This document shows, piece after piece, positions 13,501 to 27,144 of a stretch of 64,000 bases of DNA. The notes below the pieces were generated by a model. That model searched no databases, had not been told where the DNA came from, and worked only from the letters and a program-made list of their open reading frames with translations. This stretch comes from Eledone cirrhosa (Eukaryota): contig OZ024740.1 of assembly GCA_964016885.1 (NCBI GenBank), forward strand, positions 86,614,001 to 86,678,000, read 5' to 3'. Position numbers and translations under genes: made by a program. How positions within the stretch are numbered: position 1 is the first letter of the stretch; the number at the start of each line of letters is the position of its first letter.

Positions 13501-15770
13501 TCATGGCTTGTTTTTTTTTGTGTTTTTTTTTACTGATAGGATACCTAAACAAATTAATTATGAGTTAATAGTTTTCAAATAAAAATTTAAATAAATGAAT
13601 AATGAACCCTATATTTATTTTTAAAAACTAGGGTCTACGCTCGAAATCGAGTGTTATGGTAGCATATACCTGGTTTTTGCTGCGACTTTAGATGTTCATG
13701 TGATCGCAAGCAGACAAACATGCGGAATATCCAAGGTGTGACAGCTGGTGAAGGAGAGGGATTAACCTCAAAGGATGAAAGGCAAAGTGGCAGAATTAAT
13801 CTCAGAGGGATTTAAACTTTAAATGCAGAGAGCCAAAACAAACATTCAACATGTTTTACCCAACGCTCTAACGACTCTGCCATTCGACCGTTTCTAATCA
13901 TTTGATGATCACAAATGATATTAGCAAAGTATTTTACGAGAATGAACTATTTTTGTGTTGATATTTTGATGTGTAAAGCTGGAAGAGAAAGCAATATGTA
14001 TTTTAATCCTAACTTTCTAAGTTCGCTTTTTAAATTTCATTTTTCTGTAAATAGGATGTATCTTCATACTTATATCAGGGCAAAGAGCTCGAAACATTAG
14101 ATTCTCCACTTCTCATGTCAATAAAATTTACCAAACTCTTCTAAAGACTCTAGTAAGGTTAAAAACTGTTGTAACACAAGGTTAATAATTTTGAAGTTTT
14201 TTTGTTTCGTTTTTTTTTTTTTATTTTTGCATGGTTCGCAAAAATATGAAGTGGAAAATTTCAGCATTTTTCATTTTTCTTTTAAATCACTCAAGTTACA
14301 TGAAGCAGAATTTAAGTGTTCATAGTTCTGACACACTGCTGACAATATTTAGATCTAACTTCCTTTTAATCTCAGCTATTTGGCAATCCGCCATGACCTT
14401 AGATCATTGACCAAATGGCTTGCGGAAGGTGTAGTTGTACAACCATTATCAGACTTACATTGTTGTTACTATATCAGTTTATTGACGAAATCAACGTTGT
14501 TTTCTATAAAAAATAAATAAATGAATAAACAAATTTGTGTTTTCTATTGAATTGATTTGCTGAAACGAAATGCCAAGCAAATATTTCTCTTCATATGACC
14601 AAGATATTTTGATGATTGTTTTTAAAGACTTTATTTTCTAGCTTATACTTAACAAGTCAATAAGAGACTTTCTATATGAATGCTCAAACAGATGGAAATA
14701 GCAACCAAATATCCAACAAACACGAGCCTGTCGTCACATAAAATGAAGAATACAACTGACGATATAACCCTTGATATACAAAAATATATTATGGTCACAG
14801 TTGAAATATTTTTCATCATGGGTTTGTATAACAAGTGCTGACTTGCGCCTAAACACCACTTAAACAAAATACTCTTGTTCTCTCTAACTGCTACACCTGG
14901 CTTGCATTCTGGTATTAGATTCACCAACGTTATGAAGGCATGCGAACTAGTAGTTATGATTATAAGGTCATGTGCTCTATTCCAGGACAGGATGATACGT
15001 TGTGCCCTCAGGAAACACACGTCCTTTTAATTTATTTCTGTATACTCAGCTAAAACAAAAATAAGTACTTGCAACAGTTTAACACTGTGATGGGCTGGTG
15101 TCACGTTCAAGATAGAGCCGTGTGTTGTACTCTCAGTCGTTTAACGCAAACGAAACCAAGAATGGGTTTCTGGATATGGGACCGGATTGAAAGGAACTTA
15201 AATATCAGGCTGAAATATTGGTTTATATGTGGAATTGATGTAGAATCGATTACATCGATTCCAAGATTTACGTGATTGGTACTACATCTTTTTTGACACC
15301 TGAATGATTAAAGAATTTGAACTTGCTGTAGAATTTAACACAGAACGTAATGAGTCGGCACCAACACCACACACTATTGTTTACGACACTCTACTGATTC
15401 TTCCAAATCTCTGTGTGTAAGCTAATGAAATATTGTCTACACACGGTGCATGCTTCATCAATGTACTTTGTTTGAAATACAATGTGTTTAAAATATATTT
15501 TTCCTCTCTAAACATTTGCAACAGAAATCAATTCCGGCAATATATTAACTACTGAAAACAGAATGCATTCTTTTACAGGTTTCAAACACTAGACTACAAT
15601 ATTGCTGGGGCAACACCTTCAAAGACTTTAAACGAACATATCGACTACAGTACCTTTCAAGTCTGGTATCTATTTTCAAAAGCATAGTAGTCGAATTGAA
15701 GATTAGGTAGGAAAAGTTAAATTATTATTTTCACTTCTGCCTCTTCCCTCTTCAACTGAAAAGCATACTA

Positions 15771-16840
15771 TTACATATTTGTGTAAAATGTATGATACTG
15801 TATAGTATAGTTGAAACTGACGCTGAAATATTTGAAATAATCAATATTGTTGATGTAAGTTTCTTTCGGTAGGTTGATGTATTTCTTGTTAATTGGGGTT
15901 TTGTTTAAGCGTTCACACAAGCTGGGTAGTTTCACGTTTTCAAAAGCTTTTGTGTAGTCAATGAAGGTGATGTGCACAGGGTTGTTGAATTCTATTGATT
16001 TCTCAATGATTTGTTCAGAGGGATGTACTGTCAGCACTTCTTTTCTGTATAGTTATAGCTGCATTTATCTACCAAACTGAAAAATGCTCCTCTGGCTACC
16101 AAATAGGAGTTAAAATCCTATCAAATCTTAGCTATGCAGACGATCTGGCCATCATGATTTACTCTAGAACTGATCTGCAAAACTTTCTGAATGTACTGGC
16201 CAAACATTCGCTGGAGGCTGGCTTACACATCAACATCTCCAAAACAAAGCGTATGACAACTGATAAAAACAATGCCAATCTCCAACACACAATCTACAAG
16301 CAGAAAATTGCTCAAGTTACGGAGTTTATATATCTCGGTAACAAACTTTCATCAAACAACAATAGAATGGTCGCTGCACAGTATTGCATTGCTCTAGGTT
16401 GGGAAATTTTCAACAAGAACAAGGAAGTACTAACATCAAAACGAGTTTCCTATCATTTGAAGGCTCTAGATATGTGATACTTACATCCTACCAGTTGACT
16501 GTGTTTATTAGACAAGCTCTCTACATTCCAGAACCACATCATGAGACTTATGACTGGCAAGCGGCTCAGCGACCATATCTGTATCAGTGAACTGCTCAAC
16601 ATCACCAGGCTTAGACCAATCACATCAGTTGTCAGGTCAAGAGTGCTTAAACTGTACGGTTATATAAAACGATTTTAGGTTATACCTAGAAGGAAAGTTG
16701 GTTCGGCAGCCAAAATGATGGCTTGACAATGTCAACTTATGGAGTGAACTTGACCTTTGCTCTTTAAACTCTGCTGTTGGGGATTGAACTTTGTGGAGTA
16801 AAATATCTCATGTTGGTGCACAGTCTGCAACTGGCGGAGG
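15771..16840. mobile_element. Degraded RTE-like LINE RT with inverted 5' part
   Basis: Minus 15771-16037: QIIEKSIEFNNPVHITFIDYTKAF. Plus from ~16080: LSYADDLAI, GLHINISKTK, FIYLG. Confidence 0.75.
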
Positions 16841-17552
16841 TTAATATCTGGATATATATATATATATATACATTGAATAACGAATGTTTGCATTCAAACC
16901 TAGTGTACAGGTGCTCGGTTGAGTCGGGCAACCAAACCTTGCACTACATAGGCAGCACTGCAAACACCTTCAAAACTCGTTGGTAAACGCATCGTTACGC
17001 AATAAAGCACCACCAACACCGTTACGTAACGACTCTCGCCGACAAAATTTGGCACTTAAAAGGGAATAACCGACAATACACCCTTAAATGGACCAAACTC
17101 TCACATGCTCCTCCATACCGGAGTGGGATGAAAACGTGCCCGTTGTGTAATAATGAGCTCTTCCATATCCTAAGCTCAAGCCACCAACTACTAAACAACA
17201 AAATTGAAAGGTCAATTTTTTGCCAGCATAAACTGAAAGCGAAATTCTCACACTTCAAACCTTCAACTAAATCTTAACACTACCTTTCTTTCTACCCTAA
17301 ATAACAATTCCACACTCCTAAAAATAGACTATATATGAAATTTAATACTTTCTTCCTTCATCTATACTCTGGTAAGACTTTCGCCTGTCCACTATCAAAT
17401 GCCACTTAAAATTATATCTTCCTGCTCTCTCCCTCTACTCATCACAACTTTTAGCACACAACCCTCCTCCCCCTCCCTTCTTGTAACTTAACTATATTCT
17501 ATACAAATCCTCTCACACCACCTATCTCTTTCTTTCTCTCCCTACCTCCATC

Positions 17553-17637
<85 letters not shown>

Positions 17638-17707
17638 GCTCTCTCTCTCTGTTCCTCTATCTTACACTACTACCCCTTATTTCATTTCCTAAGGTCATTC
17701 CAACTTT

Positions 17708-17808
17708 GTATTTTGAAAATTCGGATGCTACAGTATCTTTCTTGATTGCCTATTATTACATAGTGTAGCAATAATGGACTGAAATTCTGATGAAACAATT
17801 GTTAATAC
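17708..17808 (+). ncRNA. Type I HHR, U3-A8 core, ~72 nt helix II (upstream pLTR of B)
   Basis: GTATT-TTGAAAA-T-TCGGA..TCTGA-T-GAAACAATTGTT^AATAC; inner stem TGCTACA/TGTAGCA; palindromic stem III. Confidence 0.65.
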
Positions 17809-18039
17809 GTGGATTAAATTCTTTTGTAACTGTTTACCTTCGTCCTATTTCTCTCTTCTTTGATTACACTCCTCGTTTGTTCGTGTTTCCACTACTGAAT
17901 CCCTACCAACCTGTTGAGTCATCTTAACGTATGTTGAGAACTTTCCTCACAACTTGTTCTACCAAGCTTTGGAATACTCCTAATTACTGAATTTATGCTC
18001 CTATCTGGTTGAGCCACCACTTCAACTTACGCCTTGGAC

Positions 18040-20375
18040 ATGGAAAAACATTACATCGGTATGTCCCTAAAGAATATACCTTTACCCAAAAGGAAGGATT
18101 ACACTCTTGGAATGATCCAGCGCACCAACGATTTCATACGCCGCGTAAGATGGAAAACAATCCACTTCGACAAAGGACGTAAGGATTATACCGCGAACTC
18201 TGGAAAGAATACATATGGGTTCAACTCCTGTAAAAACCCACCCACTAACCCTCTACTGGACGCCTTCGAACAGGACTTACTTAAGATGGTCATGAATACT
18301 AAATATAAGAAGTTCAAAACCAACAAGCTTCATAATGACATGGATACCTTTCTAAACAAGCTGCGCACCACTAACGGGATTATTGTCAAAGCGGATAAAA
18401 CATCTAACGTGTACACAATGGACATTAATACTTACCACGACCTTATACGGAAGGAATTACATAAAAAATATAAGAAAACTAATAACAAAGCACTACTTAA
18501 CATCAACAAACAAGCACACCATATTGTCAAAAGTCTAGAACTTGAAGATAGAACTGAGCCCATGACAACTTGCACCCCCACCTTTAATCTTAAGGACCAC
18601 AAATTAGATTTCCTAGATAAACCCACAATTAGATTAATATGCCCTTCTAAGTCAGACATAGGTAAAATTATCAAGCATATTTTAGATAGAATAATAATAC
18701 AATTAAGGAATAAACTAGTTATTAAACTTTGGGACAATACTAGCGACACAATTAAATGGTTTAATAGTATAGATAACAAAAATACCTCTAACTTTATACA
18801 ATTAGACATTAATGACTATTACTCCTCCATATCACCCGATACTCTAAACAAGGCACTAGCATTTGCGAAAGCCAACTCTGACTTAACCGACGACGAAATA
18901 AACATTATCCTAGCAGCTAGAAAGACGATAATTAAATTTGAAAATAACTTTTGGGTACATAAGGATAGAATAGATAACTTTGACATAACTATGGGTGCTA
19001 ATGACTCAGCACAAGTTACGGATATTGTTGGTATATACATAGCCCACACCTTACATAATAAATTTAGTTACCTTCAAGGCGGAATATATAGAGATGACGC
19101 TCTCCTATTAGTTAAAAACATGAATAAACAAAACATAGAGCGAACCCGTAAGAGCATTAGAAGAACCCTAGATAGCCTTGGCCTTAAAATCACCTACGAA
19201 TATAGTACCAAAGTAGTTAACTTCCTAGATGCCACCTTCAACCTCAACACCCAAATTATCACACCCTTTCACAAAAACAATGAGAACCTCACCTACATCC
19301 ACACTAGCTCTAACCACCCACTATCTATTATAAGGTCCGTGCCACATAGTATATCACTTAGAATATCCCGCCTCTCATCTAACCAACAAATATTCGATCA
19401 ACACGCTGAATACTACAACACTGCATTAGAACGGGCTGGCCACACCGACAAACTAGAATACATGGACCGACACAACCATAAAACACATAACCATAGACAC
19501 GCCAAACGCCCCACAAACACCCGCACACTCGCACCTAGACCCCCTAATACTAACCACACCACAAATACAACAGCAACATCAAAGCAAAACAGAACACGGA
19601 GTAGATCTTACATTTGGTATAATCCTATTTTTAACTCTTCTATTAGCTCTAACTTACCTTCCACATTCTACAAAATTATAAAAAAACACTCTCCAAATTC
19701 ACATAAATATAGTAGTATACTTAATACCAAAACAATTAGACTATCTTATTCCACTGCACCAAACCTAGACGCACACATTAAGATGCTCAACTCCAAAAAA
19801 CTCCGTAACAACAACACCCCAATCACTCAACACAATAATACACCTAATACACAACCACCCACTAACAAACAGTTGCACAAAACACACTCACACACACATC
19901 CCAGCCCACCTATAACTCCACCACTGCCCATAACAGAAATTGTAATTGCCACCTTCCAGAGACTTGTCCATTGAATAACGAATGTTTGCATTCAAACCTA
20001 GTGTACAGGTGCTCGGTTGAGTCGGGCAACCAAACCTGGCACTACATAGGCAGCACTGCAAACACCTTCAAAACTCGTTGGTACACGCATCGTTACGCAA
20101 TAAAGCACCACCAACACCGTTACGTAACGACTCTCGCCGACACAATTTGGCACTTAAAAGGGTATAACCGACAATACACACTTAAATGGACCAAACTCTC
20201 ACATGCTCCTCCATACCGGAGTGGGATGAAAACGTGCCCGTTGTGTAATAATGAGCTCTTCCATATCCTAAGCTCAAGCCACCAACTACTAAACAACAAA
20301 ATTGAAAGGTCAATTTTTTGCCAGCATAAACTGAAAGCGAAATTCTCACACTTCAAACCTTCAACTAAATCTTAA
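18040..20375 (+). CDS. PLE RT + GIY-YIG endonuclease, intact except one frameshift in the linker (~19870-19930)
   Basis: 646 aa ORF with FIQLDINDYYSSI, TMGANDSAQ, GGIYRDD; shifted frame RNCNCHLPETCPLNNECL..LVY..YIGST..CPLC..LLN..CQH. Confidence 0.85.
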
Positions 20376-20653
20376 CACTACCTTTCTTTCTACCCTAAAT
20401 AACAATTCCACACTCCTAAAAATAGACTATATATGAAATTTAATACTTTCTTCCTTCATCTATACTCTGGTAAGACTTTCGCCTGTCCACTATCAAATGC
20501 CACTTAAAATTATATCTTCCTGCTCTCTCCCTCTACTCATCACAACTTTTAGCACACAACCCTCCTCCCCCTCCCTTCTTGTAACTTAACTATATTCTAT
20601 ACAAATCCTCTCACACCACCCTATCTCTTTCTCTTTCTCTCCCTGCCTCCATC

Positions 20654-20724
<71 letters not shown>

Positions 20725-20797
20725 GCCGCTCTCTCTCTCTGTTCCTCTATCTTACACTACTACCCCTTATTTCATTTCCTAAGGTCATTCCAACTTT

Positions 20798-20898
20798 GTA
20801 TTTTGAAAATTCGGATGCTACAGTATCTTTCTTGATTGCCTATTATTACATAGTGTAGCAATAACGGACTGAAATTCTGATGAAACAATTGTTAATAC
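20798..20898 (+). ncRNA. Second copy of the element B HHR (downstream pLTR)
   Basis: Same motif 3090 nt downstream. Confidence 0.65.
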
Positions 20899-20947
20899 GA
20901 GGATTAAATTCTTTTGTAACTGTTTACCTTCGTCCTATTTCTCTCTT

Positions 20948-21005
<58 letters not shown>

Positions 21006-21156
21006 CTACTTCAAGACTAGAAACAGATAGTGACGTAACCACTACCATGATAGTCGTTATATCGATCTTCCACAATCAATCGGCCCTCTGAAACTATCGT
21101 AAAAAAATGAACTAATTAACTACCTATTTCTGATATATATATATATATATATATAC

Positions 21157-21803
21157 AAATGGAATCTTAGTAAAATCGAACCTTTGGCTGTGGCCAAACA
21201 AAGTCGACCTACAATTAGGAATGAGTAGCAAAGCACTCAATAAGGGTAGGTCCTCAGAGTAATAACGTTACGTTTAGAAAGCTTGGCAAATTGAAAATTG
21301 CAGCAGGCAAAACCCAGCCACACAATACCAAAACAACGAAAAAACTAATCAGATTAGACAACAGACCTTGACAAATCGAACGATATTCTGCAGGTTTCTA
21401 TGATTTCGAAATCATCAATCCAACTTACGCAATACGTAGCTTGTGGTATTCTATGATCGAACAGGTATTTCGTTCTAGGCCTCAAACCGGTATGAACTCA
21501 GGACGACTGCTACAATAGACAGCATTCAGTCTTTCGTTGTCACGTGTTATTTCCAACAAGGGAAGTAACCCCCGGTTTTTGGCGGCCAAACTCAAAGTGT
21601 GAACAAAGGAAAATAATTCCGCTCAACATTCCGAATAAAAGCTCTCGACTTGACGTTATTAAACAAACATAAATAATTAACCAATCAACAGAATTGTCTA
21701 ATTAAATTAATTAATTAATTATTAGGTCTAGGAGATAATAATACAAGTAGAAGCTTAGTAAAATCGAAGCTTTGGCTGCGGCCAAGTAAAAGCGACCTGC
21801 AAT

Positions 21804-21805
<2 letters not shown>
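21157..21805. repeat. Unclassified TA-flanked element with ~50 bp terminal direct repeat (period ~590)
   Basis: CTTAGTAAAATCGAA..TTTGGCTG..CGACCT.CAATTA at ~21166 and ~21755; inverted partial copy at 27840-28022. Confidence 0.6.
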
Positions 21806-21835
<30 letters not shown>

Positions 21836-21997
21836 AATATCCACGGTTAGTTGTGGGGTCTAGTCCGCATGAAGAACTCAATATAATCCATATGTTGAAA
21901 ATGTTGTAGGTTAAAATAAATCACGGAAAACAATAAAACATCAAAAGGAAAACAGAGTCATGATATAAGTTAATACAATGAAATAAAAATTCAAGTC

Positions 21998-22302
21998 ATT
22001 AGGAATATACTTCACTGCTTTACGATCGTTTCTAGGTGATAATAGTACATCGTACGCATATTTCGTTATCGATTTATGTAAGGTTAGTTACAAAATATCA
22101 AATAAGGAATATATTTACCTACGTGTATATCGTCAGCCGTTGTAAAAAAGCTTTTGACAACGGCTGACGATATACACGTAGGTAAATATATTCCTTATTT
22201 GATATTTTGTAACTAACCTTACATAGAACGATAACAAAATATGCGTACGATGTATTATTATCACCTAGAAACGATCGTAAAGCAGTGAAGTATATTCCTA
22301 AT
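21998..22302. repeat. Fold-back palindrome with ~150 bp arms centred on AAG|CTT (22150/22151)
   Basis: Arms reverse-complementary with about 5-6 differences. Confidence 0.92.
22150..22283 (+). ncRNA. Type I HHR, U3-A8 core, ~107 nt helix II
   Basis: GCTT-TTGACAA(22154-60)-insert-GAAACGATCGTA^AAGC; stem III palindrome ACGATCGT. Confidence 0.6.
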
Positions 22303-23145
22303 TTTTTCTCTTTTTTCTGGGTTAGAAAATGTTTAAAACAAAATATTTTACTTTGTGGGAAGTGTTAAGGTATTAGTTAATTTATTTGTTAATTAACAGT
22401 GCCATTTATTTATTTATTTATATATTTAATAATTGTCTATTACCAGTTTCAGCATTTTATGCATTATCAAAGGGGGGAATTTGTATTGGTGTAAAATGGT
22501 GATGTTGAACATGTTAAGGAAATGGTGAAGAAAGAATAATGTTATTTACAAACAAGGTTTTTGAAGTGAAAAGATTAAAGAAAAAAAAGAGGGTAATGTG
22601 GAACATGATAAGATAATGGGAAAGAAAAAAAAAAATTATTTACAAGCATAGTTCTTGAAGATAAGCAGTTCAAAATGTGTTATTATGGCAAGAGTGCTTA
22701 TTTGATCCATGATGGAGGCAAATTGTAGTCTGGGGTTTGATATGATTTCCCTTTTTAGAGAGTTAATATTCAGGGGAGGTAATTCAGGGTGGTCATGTAG
22801 GGGAGAGAGAAATGAGAGGGGGTAATTCATTTATATAAGAAAAAGGATTAAGTAGGGTGTCAGGGAGGTAACTCTTTAGAGAACATAGGAATTAGTTTAG
22901 TCCGAAGTTTAGTCCATTAAGTAGAGGTTGGAATTTGTTAATGAAGTATGTTTCTTAGACAATTATTAAATATATAAATAAATAAATAAATGTCATTGTT
23001 AATTAATAAACAAATTAACTAATACCTTAACACTTCACACAAAGTAAAATATTTTGTTTTAAACATTTTCTAACACAGAAAAAAGAGAAAAAATAAAAGG
23101 GAAAAATAATATTTTTCTTCCTAATAATCGTCTTTTTCTCCCTAT

Positions 23146-23193
<48 letters not shown>

Positions 23194-23256
23194 CAACTCG
23201 TGTGCTCCTTCTCCACATTGTATTATTATTATTTACTCCCACACGAGATACAGAAA

Positions 23257-24843
23257 ATGCCAACTAAAACAAAAACACTCTCATTAACATCAATCAAGAG
23301 ATACTCCAAGAACTACAAGAACTACAAAATATAAACTCTAATTTGTTAATACTCACCAACAAACTTAATTCTACAAGTAAAGAAACAATCCCCAAATACA
23401 CATCCTATGAAATCAACGACAATATCAACAACTTATGTGAAACAATAAAAACACACCTGAATAACAACACAAACCCTATTCAAGCGAACGAAAAAAACAC
23501 ATGACACTAATACACTCACAACTTACCAAATAAAAAACAAATTAATACCACAATGGTACACATCTCTTAAAAACAGGAAATTCTTCTTTTGGAAGATGAT
23601 ACAAAATAATAACAAAGCGGAGATCTATGAAAAATGGATTAACTTATCCCCATTAATTAGCCCCCGCAAACTACAAATTAAATCCATCCCAAACGAACCC
23701 GAGACACAAAGACGCCTCAGGGAAAGAATGGAACTTGATAACATAAAAACCGAAATTGAACTCCTTAAATTGAGAGCCCAAGCAAATGAAGACAGGATCA
23801 AATCAATCGACGATGAGATTAGTCTAGCAGTTATCAATAAAACCAAAGACACCACCCTAGAAAATATTTCAAAATTATGGTTAGAGGACTGTAATAAGGA
23901 AGAATTAAAATCCCTTCAACGTTTGGAAATAAACGAATCCTGGTTCTCTAACTATGAAACACTTTTCCAAAAAGAACACACATCCAAGAACCCCTTCATT
24001 AAAACCATAATAACAAGAAAACCTAATCACCACCCAAACACCACACAACAACCAACAACAACAAAAAACAATACCTCCCCACATACCAAAAAAAGAAGGC
24101 ATCACCTCGCCCTACCTCCTACACCCTCCACACAACTATCACACGGACTCCCAAGCAACAAATATAGTAATAGAGAAACATCAGCTACAAGATAGACACT
24201 ACAACTTCTCTCCTACCAGGAGAAACCATAAAATCCCCACACTTACAACCCCCCTGACATCCCCACACAACAAACCCACAAACATCATTACTTTCAACAT
24301 AGAACCCAAAATACACAACTACCACACATGTCACACAGGGTCTCACAACCACACACCAACTATAAGGAGACCCTAATCTACCCTCCTCCACTAACCACAT
24401 CCTACTACAAAACCAGCAGGGGGCAATACAACCACACGAGACACCCTAACCACTGCAACCATCATAACTACACACCATACAACAACAGCAGGACTCAATA
24501 TAACCACACAAGACAACCCTACTACAACTACCACCAAGTCTACACACCCTACAACAACAGCAGGGCTCAACACAACCATACGATACAACCCAACTTCAAC
24601 AACCACCACAACTACACACCCTATAACCACGTCAATCAAATCTACACACCCTACAACAACAACAGCAGGGCTCAATACAACCACACGAGACAACCTAACT
24701 TCAACAACCACCATAAGTACACACCCTCTAACAACAACAGCAGAGGCCAATACAACCATAAGAGACATCCAAACTTCAACAACCACCACAACTTCCGTAG
24801 TCATTTTTTAGACATAGCACACAGACACAGGGTAACAAGATAA
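23257..24843 (+). pseudogene. Upstream ORF of element C: helical region plus ~60 nt repeats (YTPYNNSRAQYNHTRQPNFNNHH), disrupted
   Basis: ORFs 23596-24195 and 24328-24843 lie between the 5' pLTR remnant and the RT region. Confidence 0.55.
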
Positions 24844-24856
24844 CACACAGGAGACA

Positions 24857-27144
24857 GAAAATGTAATAAAAATCGTTAACTTAACCTCTAAAGAATTAAC
24901 AACAGATCAAATTAACATACGAGAGTATGTTAATTTGGTCTGAAATTTACACCAACTCCCCAACGACCAAACTACCCCGAAGTGAGGGAAGATATTGCAG
25001 AATTCTGTAGAAAACTAAGACTCAGCGAGCAACTATACGACAAATACAATGAGGATGACTCAATAGCCAGAAATAGAAGCAACAACACCCCACCAAAAGG
25101 CAAGAACAAATTCCTCGATCAATTCTGCGAACACATTACTAATTACCCATACCACCACCTACACAGACATAAACAAAAACCAAACCTAAGCAAAAAAGAA
25201 TGAAATGGTCTTAACAGTCTAAAGAACGACAAAATCCTAACAATCAAAGAGACGGATAAAGGGAGTGCAGTAATCCTCATGAGGACAGATTACTACACGA
25301 CTCTAGTATTCTCAACTCTAGAAAACCAAACATATTACGAAAAGGCCCAACACTACACACAACAGAAAATAATGAGAAACCTAAAATCCCTAACAACCCT
25401 TTACAAAGAAGGCCTTACCCACAAGGAATACAACTACATCACCAATTTCAAAAGCAGAACCAGCCTCTTCTACGGTATCCCAAAGACACACAAAAGCGAA
25501 GTAATAGGCAGAGCCTGCAAGCAAGCCACAGACATTTACATCAATATACCCCTCCTGATGACCTTAAATTAAGACCCATAATAGCAGGCACCAAATGTGA
25601 AACCCACCGCCTAAGCAACTTCCTAGATATTCTGCTTAAACCTTTCCTAAAACACATAAAAAGCTTCATAAGGGACGACCTTGACATGCTCAACCACCTC
25701 CCAACAACACTCAATAATGAACATACCCTACTAGTAACCTTTGATGTCATCAATTTATATTCCAATATCCCACACAATCTAGGTATAGAGGCAATACAAT
25801 TCTGGCTTGAAAATTTCCCTAGTGAACTCCCACAGCGCATCCCTAAAGAATTTGTGTTGGAGGGACTCAAATTCATCTTGGAAAACAACTTCTTCGAATT
25901 CAATGCCAAATACGACAGGCAGAAATCTGGGACTGCCATGGGCACGAAAGTAGCCCCCCTCATACGCCAACCTTGTCATGGGATATTTGGAAACCACTCT
26001 CTACCGCAAAGTTCTAGACAAATACAGTAACCACTTCTACCTACACATAGAAAAGAACTGGAAGAGATATCTGGGCGACTGCCTCATCCTCTGGCATGAA
26101 AGTATAGATAGACTGATTGGGTTTAAAACCCTTCTGATTGGACTCAACACAAACTTACAATTTACAATGGATTACAGCCATGACCAACTCCCTTTCCTCG
26201 ACATCCTCATCAAGAAAACAAACAGCAAAATAGAAACAGACATATACTACAAACCCACAGACTCCAAACAATACCTTCCATTCAACTCGTGCCACCCTCG
26301 CCATACCAAAATGGCAATTCCTTATAACCTAGCCAGAAGGATCTGCACAATAGTTTCATATAAATACACATGCTACACACGACTAGAAGAATTAAAGAAC
26401 ACACTTATAAGCAGAAACAACCCACCATCCATAATCAACAATGGATTCAAACGTACCCTAAAACTCAACATCCATGAACTCAGACACCCCAAACCCAGGA
26501 ATGAACCGCAACAGAAAACTCTACCATACATCTCCACACACAACCCCTCAACAATGAGGCATTTGACACCATCCTCCAGAACATTCCTTTACTAAAAAGA
26601 GACCCAAGAATGAACAAAATCCTTCAAACACACAACATCATAAATAGCAAAAGACAACCTAAATCCAGAAAAAACATCCTCACACAAGCCAAAATCCAAC
26701 CAACCCTCACAATGAACCATACAGTAAAAAAATGCGGAAGGCCCAATTGTGGCATATGCATAAATCTAATAGAAGGTTCAACATTCCATTTTAAACAAGG
26801 ACAACATTTCACAGTTAAACACAACTTTACATGTGCATCTGAAAACCTAATCTATGTTTTGACCTGCTCAGGTTGTCAAGAGCACTACATAGGACAGACA
26901 GAAAAACAGCCTCCGACAACGTATGACCGTCCATAGATCACGAATCAAAATACAGGAATACAGAAAGATTGCTTTTAGTGAACATATCGCCAATTGTGCA
27001 TCTAACCAACATCCAAACTTTAAAATTTTCCCCATTTACAAATTCATAGACAACGCTTCTTTCATCCATCGTACCAATAAGGAAACATATTTCATTAACA
27101 AATTCCAACCTCTACTTAATGGACTGAACTTAGGACTAAACTAA
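24857..27144 (+). pseudogene. RT + Cys motif + GIY-YIG of element C, multiple frameshifts and stops
   Basis: Consecutive ORF fragments 24982-27144 carry motifs in the expected order. Confidence 0.9.

Larger units (their letters stand above)
16871..20950 (+). mobile_element. Penelope-like element B (Naiad-like), partial tandem with ~970 bp direct pLTRs, in (TA)n
   Basis: 16871-17840 nearly identical to 19969-20950; (TA)n on both sides. Confidence 0.95.

Noticed and set aside
17787-17793. CTGATGA as the HHR 5' core
   Set aside because: No downstream GAAA or stem; it overlaps the 3' core of the TTGAAAA ribozyme.
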